The notes under the pieces were generated by a model that was not told the origin of the DNA, did no database searches, and worked only from the letters and a program-made list of their open reading frames with translations. From positions 2,589 through 66,588 of the forward strand of contig JAZDNN010000027.1 of assembly GCA_043799675.1 (NCBI GenBank): a DNA stretch of 64,000 bases, in the 5' to 3' direction. The first letter of the stretch is position 1. Every line of letters begins with the position of its first letter. This document shows positions 24,753 through 33,699 of the stretch, in pieces. Position numbers and translations under genes: made by a program. The DNA comes from Candidatus Aenigmatarchaeota archaeon. GTDB lineage: Archaea > Aenigmatarchaeota > Aenigmatarchaeia > Aenigmatarchaeales > JACQIB01.

Positions 24753-25592
24753 ATGCCCAGGAAGCTTTTCGTCACAAAAGCCGATGGTTCCAGGGAGCCC
24801 TTTGACGTCGAGAAGGTCAAGCGGACCGCCCTGCGCGCCGGGGCCGATGACGCCCTTGCAGACAATGTGGCCGAAGAGGTCGAGAAGAGGGCATACGACG
24901 GGATTTCCACGCATATCATACTTGAGATAGCGCTGAAGATGCTGGATAAGATGGAGCCCTCGGTCGCGGCCCGCTATGATTTGAAAGGTGCGATAATGAG
25001 GCTCGGACCGGCCGGTTTTATTTTCGAGCAGCTCCTCGCCGAGATGCTGCGCGCCTGGGGCTGGAAAACGAAGGTGCACAGCATGCTGAAAGGCAAGTGC
25101 GTGTCCCACGAGGTCGATGTCGTCGCGGAAAAGGGCGATGAGAGGGCCATGATTGAGGCGAAGTATCACAACCAGCCCGGAATATTCACCGGCATAAAGG
25201 ACGCCCTGTATGTCGTGGCGAGGTTCGAGGACCTCGTGGCTGCGAAGACGAAGGAATCCTTTTTCACGGAGCCGTGGCTTGCGACCAACACCAAGTTCAG
25301 CGGGGACGTCATCCAGTATGCGGAGTGCCGGGGGTTGAAACTGCTCGGTTGGAAGTATCCCGTGAAGGAAAATATCCAGTTCATGCTTGAGAGGAAGATG
25401 CTGTATCCCGTCACCGTGATACGGAACATCGACAAGCTGACGTTGCAGAAGCTTGCGGATGCCGAGCTCATGTTCTGTTCCGACTTGCTGGTCTCAACAA
25501 AGGAACTTTTCAGGAAGACGGGCATCAAGGAGAACAGGCTTGCCCAGTTGCAGCAGATTGCGAAGAGTGTTTGCCAGAAGCAAAGTGCTTAA
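24753..25592 (+). CDS. ATP-cone domain fused to a restriction-endonuclease-like (Mrr-type) domain
   Basis: The N-terminal VTKADGSREPFDVEKVKRTALRAG is an ATP-cone. The central HEVDVVAEKGDERAMIEAKYH is a PD-(D/E)xK core. Confidence 0.75.
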   Translation: MPRKLFVTKADGSREPFDVEKVKRTALRAGADDALADNVAEEVEKRAYDGISTHIILEIALKMLDKMEPSVAARYDLKGAIMRLGPAGFIFEQLLAEMLRAWGWKTKVHSMLKGKCVSHEVDVVAEKGDERAMIEAKYHNQPGIFTGIKDALYVVARFEDLVAAKTKESFFTEPWLATNTKFSGDVIQYAECRGLKLLGWKYPVKENIQFMLERKMLYPVTVIRNIDKLTLQKLADAELMFCSDLLVSTKELFRKTGIKENRLAQLQQIAKSVCQKQSA

Positions 25593-25619
25593 ATAGGTCT
25601 TCCAGCAATTCTGGAGTCT

Positions 25620-26522
25620 ATGGGCGAGGAAGTTTTTGATTGCATTATCATCGGCGGCGGGCCCGCCGGCTGCTCCGCCGGAATATACGCGTCGCGTTTC
25701 GGTCTCAAGACGTTGTTGCTCAGCAGTCCCGAGACGCTTTCGCAGGCCGAGCATGCGGCCGAGATTGAAAACTATCCAGGTTTCAGGAAGATTCATGGTG
25801 CCGAGCTGGTCGCGAAGATGCGGGAGCAGGCTGCTGGATCCGGGGTCAAGATAGTGGACGCAAAAGCAACGTCCATCGTTGACGGCAAGCCGAAGACCGT
25901 TCATACTGAGGGTGAAAAGTACGCTGCAAAGTCGGTCATACTTGCCACGGGAGCCGCCCATCGGAAGGGAGGGGTTCCGGGCGAGGAGGAGTTCGCCGGA
26001 AAAGGCGTAAGTTATTGCGCGCCCTGCGACGGGCCGCTGTTCAAGGGCAAGCCCGTGATAGTCTGGGGCGGCGGGGACTCTGCCCTGAGCTATGCGGTCT
26101 ATCTCCAGAGCATCGGATGCAAGGTCACTCTTGTCCACAGGAGGAACGAGTTCAGGGCGGCGGCAGCCGTGATTGAGCAGGCCAGGAAGTCCGGAGTCAA
26201 ATTCGTTCTTGAGCGGACGGTGACGGAAATCAAAGGAAAGAAATTCGTCGAATCTGTGATATTGGATGACAAGAGCGTGATAAAGGCGTCTGCGGTCTTC
26301 ATCGCGATAGGCGAAGTGCCTGCGGTCGAGCTCGCGCGCTCGGCTGGCGTTACCGTTGACGCTTCAGGTTTCATCCCGGTGGATGTGACAAAGGCTACCA
26401 ACGTGAAGGGTATTTTTGCGGCAGGCGATGTCACGGCCACGCCTTTCCGCCAGATTGCGACTGCTACAGGGGACGGAACGATAGCGGCGTTGAGCGCGTT
26501 CAAGTTTGTAAAGGGCGGTTGA
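25620..26522 (+). CDS. trxB: thioredoxin reductase
   Basis: The product has the FAD motif IIIGGGPAGCSAG, the redox CAPC in SYCAPCDG, the NADPH motif VWGGGDSA and GDV near the C-terminus. Confidence 0.9.
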   Translation: MGEEVFDCIIIGGGPAGCSAGIYASRFGLKTLLLSSPETLSQAEHAAEIENYPGFRKIHGAELVAKMREQAAGSGVKIVDAKATSIVDGKPKTVHTEGEKYAAKSVILATGAAHRKGGVPGEEEFAGKGVSYCAPCDGPLFKGKPVIVWGGGDSALSYAVYLQSIGCKVTLVHRRNEFRAAAAVIEQARKSGVKFVLERTVTEIKGKKFVESVILDDKSVIKASAVFIAIGEVPAVELARSAGVTVDASGFIPVDVTKATNVKGIFAAGDVTATPFRQIATATGDGTIAALSAFKFVKGG

Positions 26523-26783
26523 ATGGCGGAAATCCATATACTGAAGACAAAGGCCTGCCCTTCCTGTCCGAAGGCCGTCCTGATGGTCAGAAAGGTTGTT
26601 GACGGGATGAAGGGAATCACCATCAGGGAGACCTACGTGGACAGTCCCGAGGGTCAGAAGCTCGCGCACAAGTACCACATGACGGCCGCCCCTACCATAC
26701 TCGTGGGGGAAAAGGTCGTTTCCGTCGGCGTCCCGAGCGAGACCTCCCTCCGGACGGCAATAGAGAAGGCGTTACGTTCTTAA
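26523..26783 (+). CDS. thioredoxin/glutaredoxin-like small redox protein (CPSC)
   Basis: The 86-aa product starts 1 nt after the trxB stop. It has the CPSCP active site at the start of helix 1 and a cis-Pro context (APTILVG). Confidence 0.8.
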   Translation: MAEIHILKTKACPSCPKAVLMVRKVVDGMKGITIRETYVDSPEGQKLAHKYHMTAAPTILVGEKVVSVGVPSETSLRTAIEKALRS

Positions 26784-26806
26784 GCTGTGCCGATGCTTTT
26801 TTGGGC

Positions 26807-27274
26807 ATGGAGCAGCAGAAGAAGCGGATAATCTTTGCCCTTGTGATAATTTTCGCGTTCGCCGGCAGTTCCGTCGCCCTGGCGTTTGACTCGGCCATGC
26901 AATTTGTGACTGGCAACAGCAAACAAACGCAGCCCGATGAGGTGGACAGGCCCCTGGCCGACAGCGAAGAGGCCCCCTACTTGCAAAACAATTACCTGAT
27001 AGTCCGGTACTACTATTCCGCCAACTGCCCGAATTGCGCGCGAGCGGAGGATGCGATAAGCGGCCTGCGGAGCGAGCTCGCCCCGATCCTGCTTGAGCGG
27101 ATTTCGGTCGATGAGTTTGCCAACGAGACGGAGTCCATGGGTCTTACACAGATACCCTCGGTCTACCTGAAGGGTTCAAGCACGATGATGTTCAGCGGTG
27201 CGCCGACTTATGACCGCCTGTTCACGGAGGCCTGCAGGCTTTATTTCGACCCGCCAATGGCCTGCCCGATCTGA
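26807..27274 (+). CDS. membrane-anchored thioredoxin-fold protein (CPNC)
   Basis: An N-terminal TM helix is followed by the YYYSANCPNCA active-site motif and IPSVYL (cis-Pro). Confidence 0.65.
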   Translation: MEQQKKRIIFALVIIFAFAGSSVALAFDSAMQFVTGNSKQTQPDEVDRPLADSEEAPYLQNNYLIVRYYYSANCPNCARAEDAISGLRSELAPILLERISVDEFANETESMGLTQIPSVYLKGSSTMMFSGAPTYDRLFTEACRLYFDPPMACPI

Positions 27275-27277
27275 GAA

Positions 27278-27436
27278 TCAGTCCTTCAGTTCCTTCTTCA
27301 GCTTTGTTATTTCCGATTCGGTCTCGTTCAGCTCGTGCCGGAACTTTTCTATGACCGCGCACAGCTGTTCCGGTTCGGTATGCAATGCTTCTGCGGCTTC
27401 CCTGAGCGTTTTTTCCTTTTCCCGTTTGTCCGTCAT
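27278..27436 (-). CDS. 52-aa coiled-coil ORF translationally coupled to alaS (below the ORF-track cutoff)
   Basis: My translation is MTDKREKEKTLREAAEALHTEPEQLCAVIEKFRHELNETESEITKLKKELKD. Its ATG overlaps the alaS TGA (ATGA). It resembles the AlaRS segment TLKKAAGLLKTSEARVPKAAEELLEKWKEANKELETLRGK. Confidence 0.5.
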   Translation of the reverse strand: MTDKREKEKTLREAAEALHTEPEQLCAVIEKFRHELNETESEITKLKKELKD

Positions 27437-30150
27437 TTCAGCAGCTCCTTCCTGAGTTTTTGTATCGTTTTGTCCGCTTCCTTTTTGTCCGGTGCGGCAC
27501 CTTGTGCCAGGATTGGAGTGCCTCCGCCCCTTCCTCCGAGTTCGGCAGCAAGCCTTGCCACCAGTTGTCCCGTATTGACATTTCCCGCCCTTGCTCCCGC
27601 GGAACCGAACAGGTAGGCTTTGTCCGTTGTCCCGATCAGTATTATCACTGTATCTTCCGCGCTGAGCTTCCTGCTTATTTCCCGCAGTTGTTCCGCATTT
27701 GCACCGGGCACATGCTCGACCAGCCAGCGCAGTCCGTCCTTCTTTGTCAGGTGGAGATTGCTTATGCGCTTTTCCGCCGCCTTGCCCCGCAGAGTTTCAA
27801 GCTCCTTGTTGGCTTCCTTCCATTTTTCCAGCAGTTCCTCCGCCGCCTTCGGGACCCTGGCTTCGCTTGTCTTCAGAAGTCCGGCCGCCTTTTTCAGCGT
27901 CCTTCCCGACTCTTCCAGATATTTTTCCGCTGCAGGGCCTGCCCGGAATATCAGTCTGACGGTCCCGTCGGCCGGCCTCTCCGTCTTGGTTATCACTATC
28001 GGCACGAGGTCCGCGGTGTTGTCCCCGTGCGTACCGCCGCACGCCTCCGTGTCGAAGTTTCCTATCGAAAGTATCCTGAGATTCTTTGCAGGGACCGCCG
28101 CCCCCTGGTAGATACCGAAACCGAATTTCTTTTCGGCTTCCGGTCTCGGGAGGACCAGCTTTTCTATCTTCAGTTTTTTCGCTGCCGTGTCGTTCGCAAG
28201 CTTCTCTATCTTCTCCACCTGCTCGGGCGTAAGGCTCGCATAATGCGTTATGTCCAGGTGCGCCTTGTCGGCGTCCTTCTTGGAACCGGCCTGCCACACC
28301 CACGGACCAAGGACTCTTCTGGCGGCACCGTTGACGATATGTGTCGCATCGTGATTGATTGTTATCTGTTCCCTCCGTGTCCTGTCAATGGCGCCTTTGA
28401 CCGTGCTTCCTTCCTTGAAGTGCGGGCTCTCGGCGGCATGCACGATGACCCCGTCGACCTTTTCAACATCGTAAACTTTTTTTCCTCCGATCGTTCCGTG
28501 GTCGGGTTCCTGCCCGCCGCCTCGCGGATAGAAGGCCGTCCTGTCAAGCACGACGAACTTGTCCTCAATGACTTTGAGCACCTTTGCCTCGAACGTGCGG
28601 ACGTCCCCATAATATAGCGGCTCCGTCTTCGGGATGCCAGACACGTCCAGCTTGAACTTCCCCTTCTGTTGCGCCTCCTTCTCGTGCAGCTTGGTGACCT
28701 TCGTCCAGAAGTCGCCGGGTATCTCGACCCTGATGCCTTTCTGCTCCGCGACCTCCTCCATGAGTTCCGGGGTGATGCCCTGGGTATCGTACAGTTCTAC
28801 CAGCCTGCTGTCAGTGAGCTTTTCCTTTTTCTCCAGGACGGTCTCCACGTATTTCTTCGCGCTTTCCATGCTTCCCCGGTACCGCTTCTCCTCGGCCTGT
28901 ATCACTTCGGTGAAGCGGTCCATGTTTGCGAGCATTTCAGGGTACAGGGGCTTGAAGTATTCCGATACCTGTCCTGCGACCCATATCAGGTCGAAGCCGA
29001 GCCTGTGCCTGTCGATGAACGATAATGCCCTCCTGAGAAGGACCCGCAGGTTGTACCCGCCCCCGATGTTGCTCGGAATTCCGCCGTCCGCTATTGCCGT
29101 CACCAGCGTCCTCGCGTGGTCGGCTATGGCATAGATCGCCTGCATCGGTTCGGTCTTTCTCAGCATGGTCTCGGTGTCCGTGCCGAGCTTCTTCGCTATT
29201 TCCTCCCTTACCTTCGCGATGTCCCCGACCTCGTCGAGGTTCAGCATTCCGGACAATCTCGAGTAGCGTGAAAAGAATTCCTTGTCATAGCTTATTCCGC
29301 CCTTCGCTATCATCTTTTCTATGACCGGCCCGAGGACCGCATCATACACGGTCGGTGTCCGTTGGCTGGCCCAGACGAACCTCTCCAGCCCCGCCCCCAT
29401 GTCTATGACCTTCTTCGGCATGACCCTGAAATTATCGGGCGTGCCCTCGAACTCGGTGAATACCGCGTTCCCCATCTCCAGTCCACCCGCGAAATACTCG
29501 AGCGAATAGCCGAACGCACCCGCTCCCAGCCATGCATCCTCTATCCAGTTTATCCTGTCCGGTTTGATGCCGAACACTTCCGTCAGCATCCTGTAATCAA
29601 GCTCTATGCATTTGTCTTTCCAGTATCCGGTCTTGTTGACCGGATCGAACAGTGAAGCCTGCTCCACGTGGCCGTGGGTCGTCCAGTGCCTGCCGCTCAC
29701 TCCGACCTGCGGTATGTCGTTGAACCTCAGGCTCGGCTGGAGGAGTATCGCCTTGTCCACGCCCGGCGGGAACTCGAACACGAACTTTGATTCATCCATC
29801 CGGTAGAAGTCCACTATTCCTGCGATGGTGAAGTTGAGGTTCGGAAACCATCTTGCCATCACGGGGTATCTCTCGAGGGGCGTGTGTCCTTCCTTGACGA
29901 AGAACTTCTGTATCGCGTCCCAAGCGGAAAAGTAGTCCCACTTTTTCGGCATGAGGGGGTTGTCAATGAATTCATACGGCCTGCAGCTGCTGTCGTTGCA
30001 GAGCTCCTGCTGTGCGGTTGACCAGAACCATTTGCCGCAGTTCCTGCATTTGCCTCGCTTGAAACCTAACCTGTGAAGTGCTTCTAGGTCCCAGTACCGC
30101 TGCCAGTCGCGCTGCAGCTGCCCAAGTAGAGCGGCCTTGTCTCCGGCCAT
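27433..30150 (-). CDS. alaS: alanine--tRNA ligase (archaeal type)
   Basis: The 905-aa product has the archaeal N-terminal zinc-containing catalytic domain, the editing-domain HxxxH/CGGTH motifs (THIVNGAARR..., EACGGTHG) and a DHHA1-like C-terminus. Confidence 0.95.
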   Translation of the reverse strand: MAGDKAALLGQLQRDWQRYWDLEALHRLGFKRGKCRNCGKWFWSTAQQELCNDSSCRPYEFIDNPLMPKKWDYFSAWDAIQKFFVKEGHTPLERYPVMARWFPNLNFTIAGIVDFYRMDESKFVFEFPPGVDKAILLQPSLRFNDIPQVGVSGRHWTTHGHVEQASLFDPVNKTGYWKDKCIELDYRMLTEVFGIKPDRINWIEDAWLGAGAFGYSLEYFAGGLEMGNAVFTEFEGTPDNFRVMPKKVIDMGAGLERFVWASQRTPTVYDAVLGPVIEKMIAKGGISYDKEFFSRYSRLSGMLNLDEVGDIAKVREEIAKKLGTDTETMLRKTEPMQAIYAIADHARTLVTAIADGGIPSNIGGGYNLRVLLRRALSFIDRHRLGFDLIWVAGQVSEYFKPLYPEMLANMDRFTEVIQAEEKRYRGSMESAKKYVETVLEKKEKLTDSRLVELYDTQGITPELMEEVAEQKGIRVEIPGDFWTKVTKLHEKEAQQKGKFKLDVSGIPKTEPLYYGDVRTFEAKVLKVIEDKFVVLDRTAFYPRGGGQEPDHGTIGGKKVYDVEKVDGVIVHAAESPHFKEGSTVKGAIDRTRREQITINHDATHIVNGAARRVLGPWVWQAGSKKDADKAHLDITHYASLTPEQVEKIEKLANDTAAKKLKIEKLVLPRPEAEKKFGFGIYQGAAVPAKNLRILSIGNFDTEACGGTHGDNTADLVPIVITKTERPADGTVRLIFRAGPAAEKYLEESGRTLKKAAGLLKTSEARVPKAAEELLEKWKEANKELETLRGKAAEKRISNLHLTKKDGLRWLVEHVPGANAEQLREISRKLSAEDTVIILIGTTDKAYLFGSAGARAGNVNTGQLVARLAAELGGRGGGTPILAQGAAPDKKEADKTIQKLRKELLK

Positions 30151-30162
30151 AATTTTTCTGCC

Positions 30163-30465
30163 TTAACCGAACAGTGCGCCTAGACCGGCCGCTGCCTCTT
30201 CGGCCTTTTTGGCCTCTTCTTCTGGTTTCTTCTCATCCTTCTTCTCAGCCGCTGCAGGGGCTGCCACAGCCACCGGAGCTGACGGGGCTATTGCCGCTTT
30301 GGCTATCGCCTCGTCTATGTTCACTCCCTCGAGGCTCGCTACCAGCGCCTTGACCTTCGCCTGGTCGACGTGTGCGCCGGTCGCTGACAGTACCTTGGTC
30401 ACGTTTGCCTCGTTCACCGGTTGCTTGGCGGCATGTAACAGCAGTGCTGCGTATACCATTTCCAT
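30163..30465 (-). CDS. rpl12: 50S ribosomal stalk protein P1 (aL12)
   Basis: The start is [13 protein letters not shown]. An Ala/Pro hinge is followed by the acidic tail [21 protein letters not shown] lies upstream. Confidence 0.95.
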   Translation of the reverse strand: MEMVYAALLLHAAKQPVNEANVTKVLSATGAHVDQAKVKALVASLEGVNIDEAIAKAAIAPSAPVAVAAPAAAEKKDEKKPEEEAKKAEEAAAGLGALFG

Positions 30466-30515
30466 TTTTCATACCTCCATGCTCATGATTCGTTCTGTGG
30501 ACGACCGAAGGTCAA

Positions 30516-30557
30516 GAGGAACATCGTTCCTCGAGACGCGTGAACGTGAGTTCACGC
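30516..30557. repeat. bipartite hairpin element, copy B (in the P0-P1 intergenic spacer)
   Basis: The element reads GAGGAAC-atc-GTTCCTC, GAGAC, GCGTGAAC-gtga-GTTCACGC. The second hairpin and spacer are identical to copy A. The first hairpin differs in sequence but keeps its pairing. Confidence 0.6.
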
Positions 30558-30562
30558 TGTCG

Positions 30563-31423
30563 TCATGCTCCTCCGCTGGCTGCCGTAAGCGCTTCGGCCT
30601 GCGCCTTGGCCCTTGCCATCAGTTCTTCAATTATGCCCTTATCGAGTATTTCCGCTTCCATTCCCAGCGTCTTTGCTTCGCGGAATCCCTTCGCGAGCAT
30701 CGTGCCCATTGTAAGCTTGGTCGGCCAACCCGCGTTCACGGACAGGTTGAAAGCGCCCGTTATCGCTTTCATCAGGTTAGCCATCGTCTTGACATCGTCT
30801 ATCGCCAGCACGTTCTTGTCGTAGAGCGTGCCCGCCTCCCACATGCTCACGATGTCCAGCCCTATTGACATCGGTCTTATTTTCAGCATCGACAGCGCGC
30901 CTGCGAGGTCGGCAGTTATGACGTCCCCCGCCTTTGCGACACGGCTGTCCTTGGAGACGGCTATCTTGCCTCCTTCCACTTTCGCCGCAATCTTGACTTT
31001 CGTGAGCGTGCTTATCGCCGGCCCGGGCGGGATGTCCGTCGGTCCTGCCGGAACCGTGATGTCTTCTGGAGCTATGTCCCCGGCCTTGGCCGACGCGGGG
31101 CTCTTGTTCATGCTGACCGTCCTGTACAGCTTGAACGGGTTGCCGGAGCTCAGCATCACCGCCGGCTGGCTGCCCAGCAGCTTCACCAGGTCCGCCCTGC
31201 CCGCCTTCTCCAGTGCCAGGCGTAGCACGCATTTCTTGACCACCCTGATGTGCGCCTGTCCGGTCAGTGTTCCCTTTATTTTCTGCAGTGCCGAGGCCGG
31301 CATCTTATGCAGGTTGAGTATCGCTATGACGGTAGATTTGTCCATCTCGTGCGCGAGTTTCAAGACCTGCTCGGTCTTTTCCTTTCTCGGGGCCGCCCTT
31401 CCTTTCTTTATGTTTTGCTTCAT
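30563..31423 (-). CDS. rplP0: 50S ribosomal protein uL10 (P0)
   Basis: The 286-aa product has a uL10 N-terminal domain and a C-terminal stalk-helix region. It sits in the conserved uL1-uL10-P1 order. Confidence 0.9.
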   Translation of the reverse strand: MKQNIKKGRAAPRKEKTEQVLKLAHEMDKSTVIAILNLHKMPASALQKIKGTLTGQAHIRVVKKCVLRLALEKAGRADLVKLLGSQPAVMLSSGNPFKLYRTVSMNKSPASAKAGDIAPEDITVPAGPTDIPPGPAISTLTKVKIAAKVEGGKIAVSKDSRVAKAGDVITADLAGALSMLKIRPMSIGLDIVSMWEAGTLYDKNVLAIDDVKTMANLMKAITGAFNLSVNAGWPTKLTMGTMLAKGFREAKTLGMEAEILDKGIIEELMARAKAQAEALTAASGGA

Positions 31424-32070
31424 ACGGGCGCCTCCATCTTGACCGGCTTCCCCATCGTGAGCTTGATTATTCCGTTCTTCACTTGCTCCCTTCCCTTCGG
31501 CAGCGCTGCAATCACGGATTTGAACACGGCCTCGATGTTGACCGCCACGTGCTCGTCGGTCATGTCCTCCGTGCCCACCCGCAGGTGCACCACCGGACTG
31601 TCCTTCACCGCCACTCTGACGGTTGCGGCCGCGTTGTCAACCGCCTGGCTGAAATCGGGCAACGTCGGTGGCACCGGCTTCGGCATCTTCCCCCTCACTG
31701 CAAGCACCGGACCGAGCGCCTTCGCGACCTGAGGCATCAGCGGTGCCTCGGCGAGGAAGCCGCCGACCGAGATCGCAAGGTTCTTCGCCGCCTTCTTGTT
31801 CTTTGACAGGCCTTCGAGCTGGTCCTTGCTTACAAGTATCACCCTGTCCCCGAGTTTCTTTACCAGCGGTATCGCGCTGTCCGCGAAGAATCCTATCTTG
31901 ACTCCCGCCGGCGGGTGAGGCAGCCTTACCTCCGCCTTGATCTTTCCCTCCGGTTTCTTCGGGTCCAGATTCTTGAAATTAATGGCCATGTCGAAGCTCT
32001 GCTTGAAGTTCCTTTTCGGAGAGCCCTCTCTGGCTGACTTGACTGCCGTTAGTACCTTTTCGTTAACCAT
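31420..32070 (-). CDS. rpl1: 50S ribosomal protein uL1
   Basis: The 216-aa product shows the uL1 pattern (NFKQSFDMAINFK...). It overlaps the P0 start by 4 nt. Confidence 0.9.
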   Translation of the reverse strand: MVNEKVLTAVKSAREGSPKRNFKQSFDMAINFKNLDPKKPEGKIKAEVRLPHPPAGVKIGFFADSAIPLVKKLGDRVILVSKDQLEGLSKNKKAAKNLAISVGGFLAEAPLMPQVAKALGPVLAVRGKMPKPVPPTLPDFSQAVDNAAATVRVAVKDSPVVHLRVGTEDMTDEHVAVNIEAVFKSVIAALPKGREQVKNGIIKLTMGKPVKMEAPV

Positions 32071-32129
32071 GTTCGCACCATCGCTACTGCCTAAGCAGTG
32101 ACCAAAGAGCTGCTGCAGACTATATAATG

Positions 32130-32603
32130 TTATCGGATGAGCCTGTTGACTTCCTCTATCTGTTCGCGTATCCCTTCAATCAGGTCGTACCTTTTTGCTT
32201 CTTCGGCCGTCACCCAGGCATGCTCGGTAAGGTCCTTGCAAAGCTTGACGTCTCCTCCCTTGTGGTCCGCGAACAGGCTGATAACAAGGGATGACACTCC
32301 GTCCGGCCGGATGAATGCCAGATTGGTGAGGTAACGGATGTTGCTTATTTCGAGCCCCACCTCTTCCATGGCTTCCCTCTCCAGCAATCTTTCCAGGACG
32401 CCGAACCAATGGTACGGGGTATCCTTCTCTCTGTTGCTGTAGTCCTTCGGTTCCAGCTTCCCGCCAGGAACCGTCCACCTGTTCGGGAACGCTATCTCAT
32501 GCGGGGCCCGTTTGACAATCAGGAACTTCCCGTCCCTGATTATGATTCCGGTGGCCACCACGTAATGCATCTTCTCCATGCTTGGCATGCAAAGCTTTTG
32601 CAA
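32130..32603 (-). CDS. Nudix hydrolase (copy 1)
   Basis: The Nudix box is GGKLEPKD...x...LEREAMEEVGLEI. The true start may be an internal Met (MEKMHYVV). Confidence 0.8.
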   Translation of the reverse strand: MQKLCMPSMEKMHYVVATGIIIRDGKFLIVKRAPHEIAFPNRWTVPGGKLEPKDYSNREKDTPYHWFGVLERLLEREAMEEVGLEISNIRYLTNLAFIRPDGVSSLVISLFADHKGGDVKLCKDLTEHAWVTAEEAKRYDLIEGIREQIEEVNRLIR

Positions 32604-32620
32604 TCAGAATGATAAATAGT

Positions 32621-33157
32621 CTACTGCGCCGACGGCTTGTCAAGCTCGATGTACTCTTCCACTTCCGGCATCATGTTCTCGTTCGGTTGCATGCTCGGTC
32701 CGATGGGTGCGCCGTCCGCCGACATCCTCGGTTCCATCGCTCTCACCCTGTCGTCCAGGCTTGCCACGGCAGCTGAGAAGGTCCTTTTCATCTGGTTCAT
32801 GCCGTTCTCGAAATCAATCAGCCTTTCCGCCATCCGGTCGATCCCGCCCTTAAACTCGGTCTGCATCTCGCACTTGATGCTGTCCAGCGCGCCAAGGGTA
32901 AGGTCCCTTGCACCCTTCTCTTCCTCGAGCCTCTGTGTCAGACCGCTCATGCTCGATTCCATGGAACCTATCCTGCTGCTGAGCTCCATCCTCAGGTTGT
33001 CCACGAACTTCGAGGGGCTGCCGGAGGCTTTCAGTAGCACCATCGTCACGAACATCAGCGTCACTGCCACAGGCAATGTGGTGTACCCAAGCAGCGTTCC
33101 CGCCAGCGCTCCGAGCGACAGCACGGCAAACAACCAGAAGAATGTGGCCGATTTCAT
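32621..33157 (-). CDS. membrane-anchored coiled-coil protein
   Basis: Two N-terminal TM helices are followed by a coiled coil rich in M, E, R and L. I recognise no family. Confidence 0.55.
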   Translation of the reverse strand: MKSATFFWLFAVLSLGALAGTLLGYTTLPVAVTLMFVTMVLLKASGSPSKFVDNLRMELSSRIGSMESSMSGLTQRLEEEKGARDLTLGALDSIKCEMQTEFKGGIDRMAERLIDFENGMNQMKRTFSAAVASLDDRVRAMEPRMSADGAPIGPSMQPNENMMPEVEEYIELDKPSAQ

Positions 33158-33207
33158 GGGCTATAGATTACAGAACAAAGATTTAAAGACAGACTTTCGA
33201 GCACCCA

Positions 33208-33699
33208 TTACTTGATCTGATGGTCCCACTTGCCCTCGGCTATCTCCTTTATCATTTCCTTGGGGTTCTTCCCCTCGACCGTCACCCCTAGGCTCACGCA
33301 GGTCGCGACTATCTCCTTTGTCGCCTTCTTCAGGTCGTTCGTGCCGAGCACGGGCAGCTTTGCCTTGGCAATCTTGACCGCCGCGTGCAAGGTAAGGTTC
33401 CCGACAGCCGGTTCCTTCCATGCGGCCTTGGCAAGCTTTTCCAGCTTGAGCTCCTTCTTTATCAGCTGGCTTGTCGGCGGGCTGCCGACCTTTATTTCGA
33501 ACTGCTTGGTGTCCGTGTTGACTATGACTTCCACGGGTATGCTTATTCCCGAGAATTCCCTGGTCGCCTCGTTTATCTTTGCCACGACGTTCGGTATGTT
33601 TATCTTGTGCACGGCAAGAGCGGGTCCGAGCGGCGGCCCGGCAGTGGCTTTGCCACCTTCCACCATCAGCTTGATCGTTATGCTTCCCATATCATTCAC
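33208..33699 (-). CDS. rpl11: 50S ribosomal protein uL11
   Basis: KLMVEGGKATAGPPLGPALA is the uL11 N-terminal signature. The length of 163 aa fits. Confidence 0.95.
   Translation of the reverse strand: MNDMGSITIKLMVEGGKATAGPPLGPALAVHKINIPNVVAKINEATREFSGISIPVEVIVNTDTKQFEIKVGSPPTSQLIKKELKLEKLAKAAWKEPAVGNLTLHAAVKIAKAKLPVLGTNDLKKATKEIVATCVSLGVTVEGKNPKEMIKEIAEGKWDHQIK

Noticed and set aside
30466-30562. C/D-box sRNA in the P0-P1 spacer
   Set aside because: Only a weak C-box-like AUGACGA is present on the minus strand. There is no D box (CUGA) at the proper distance and no terminal stem. I kept it as a structured spacer or repeat instead.
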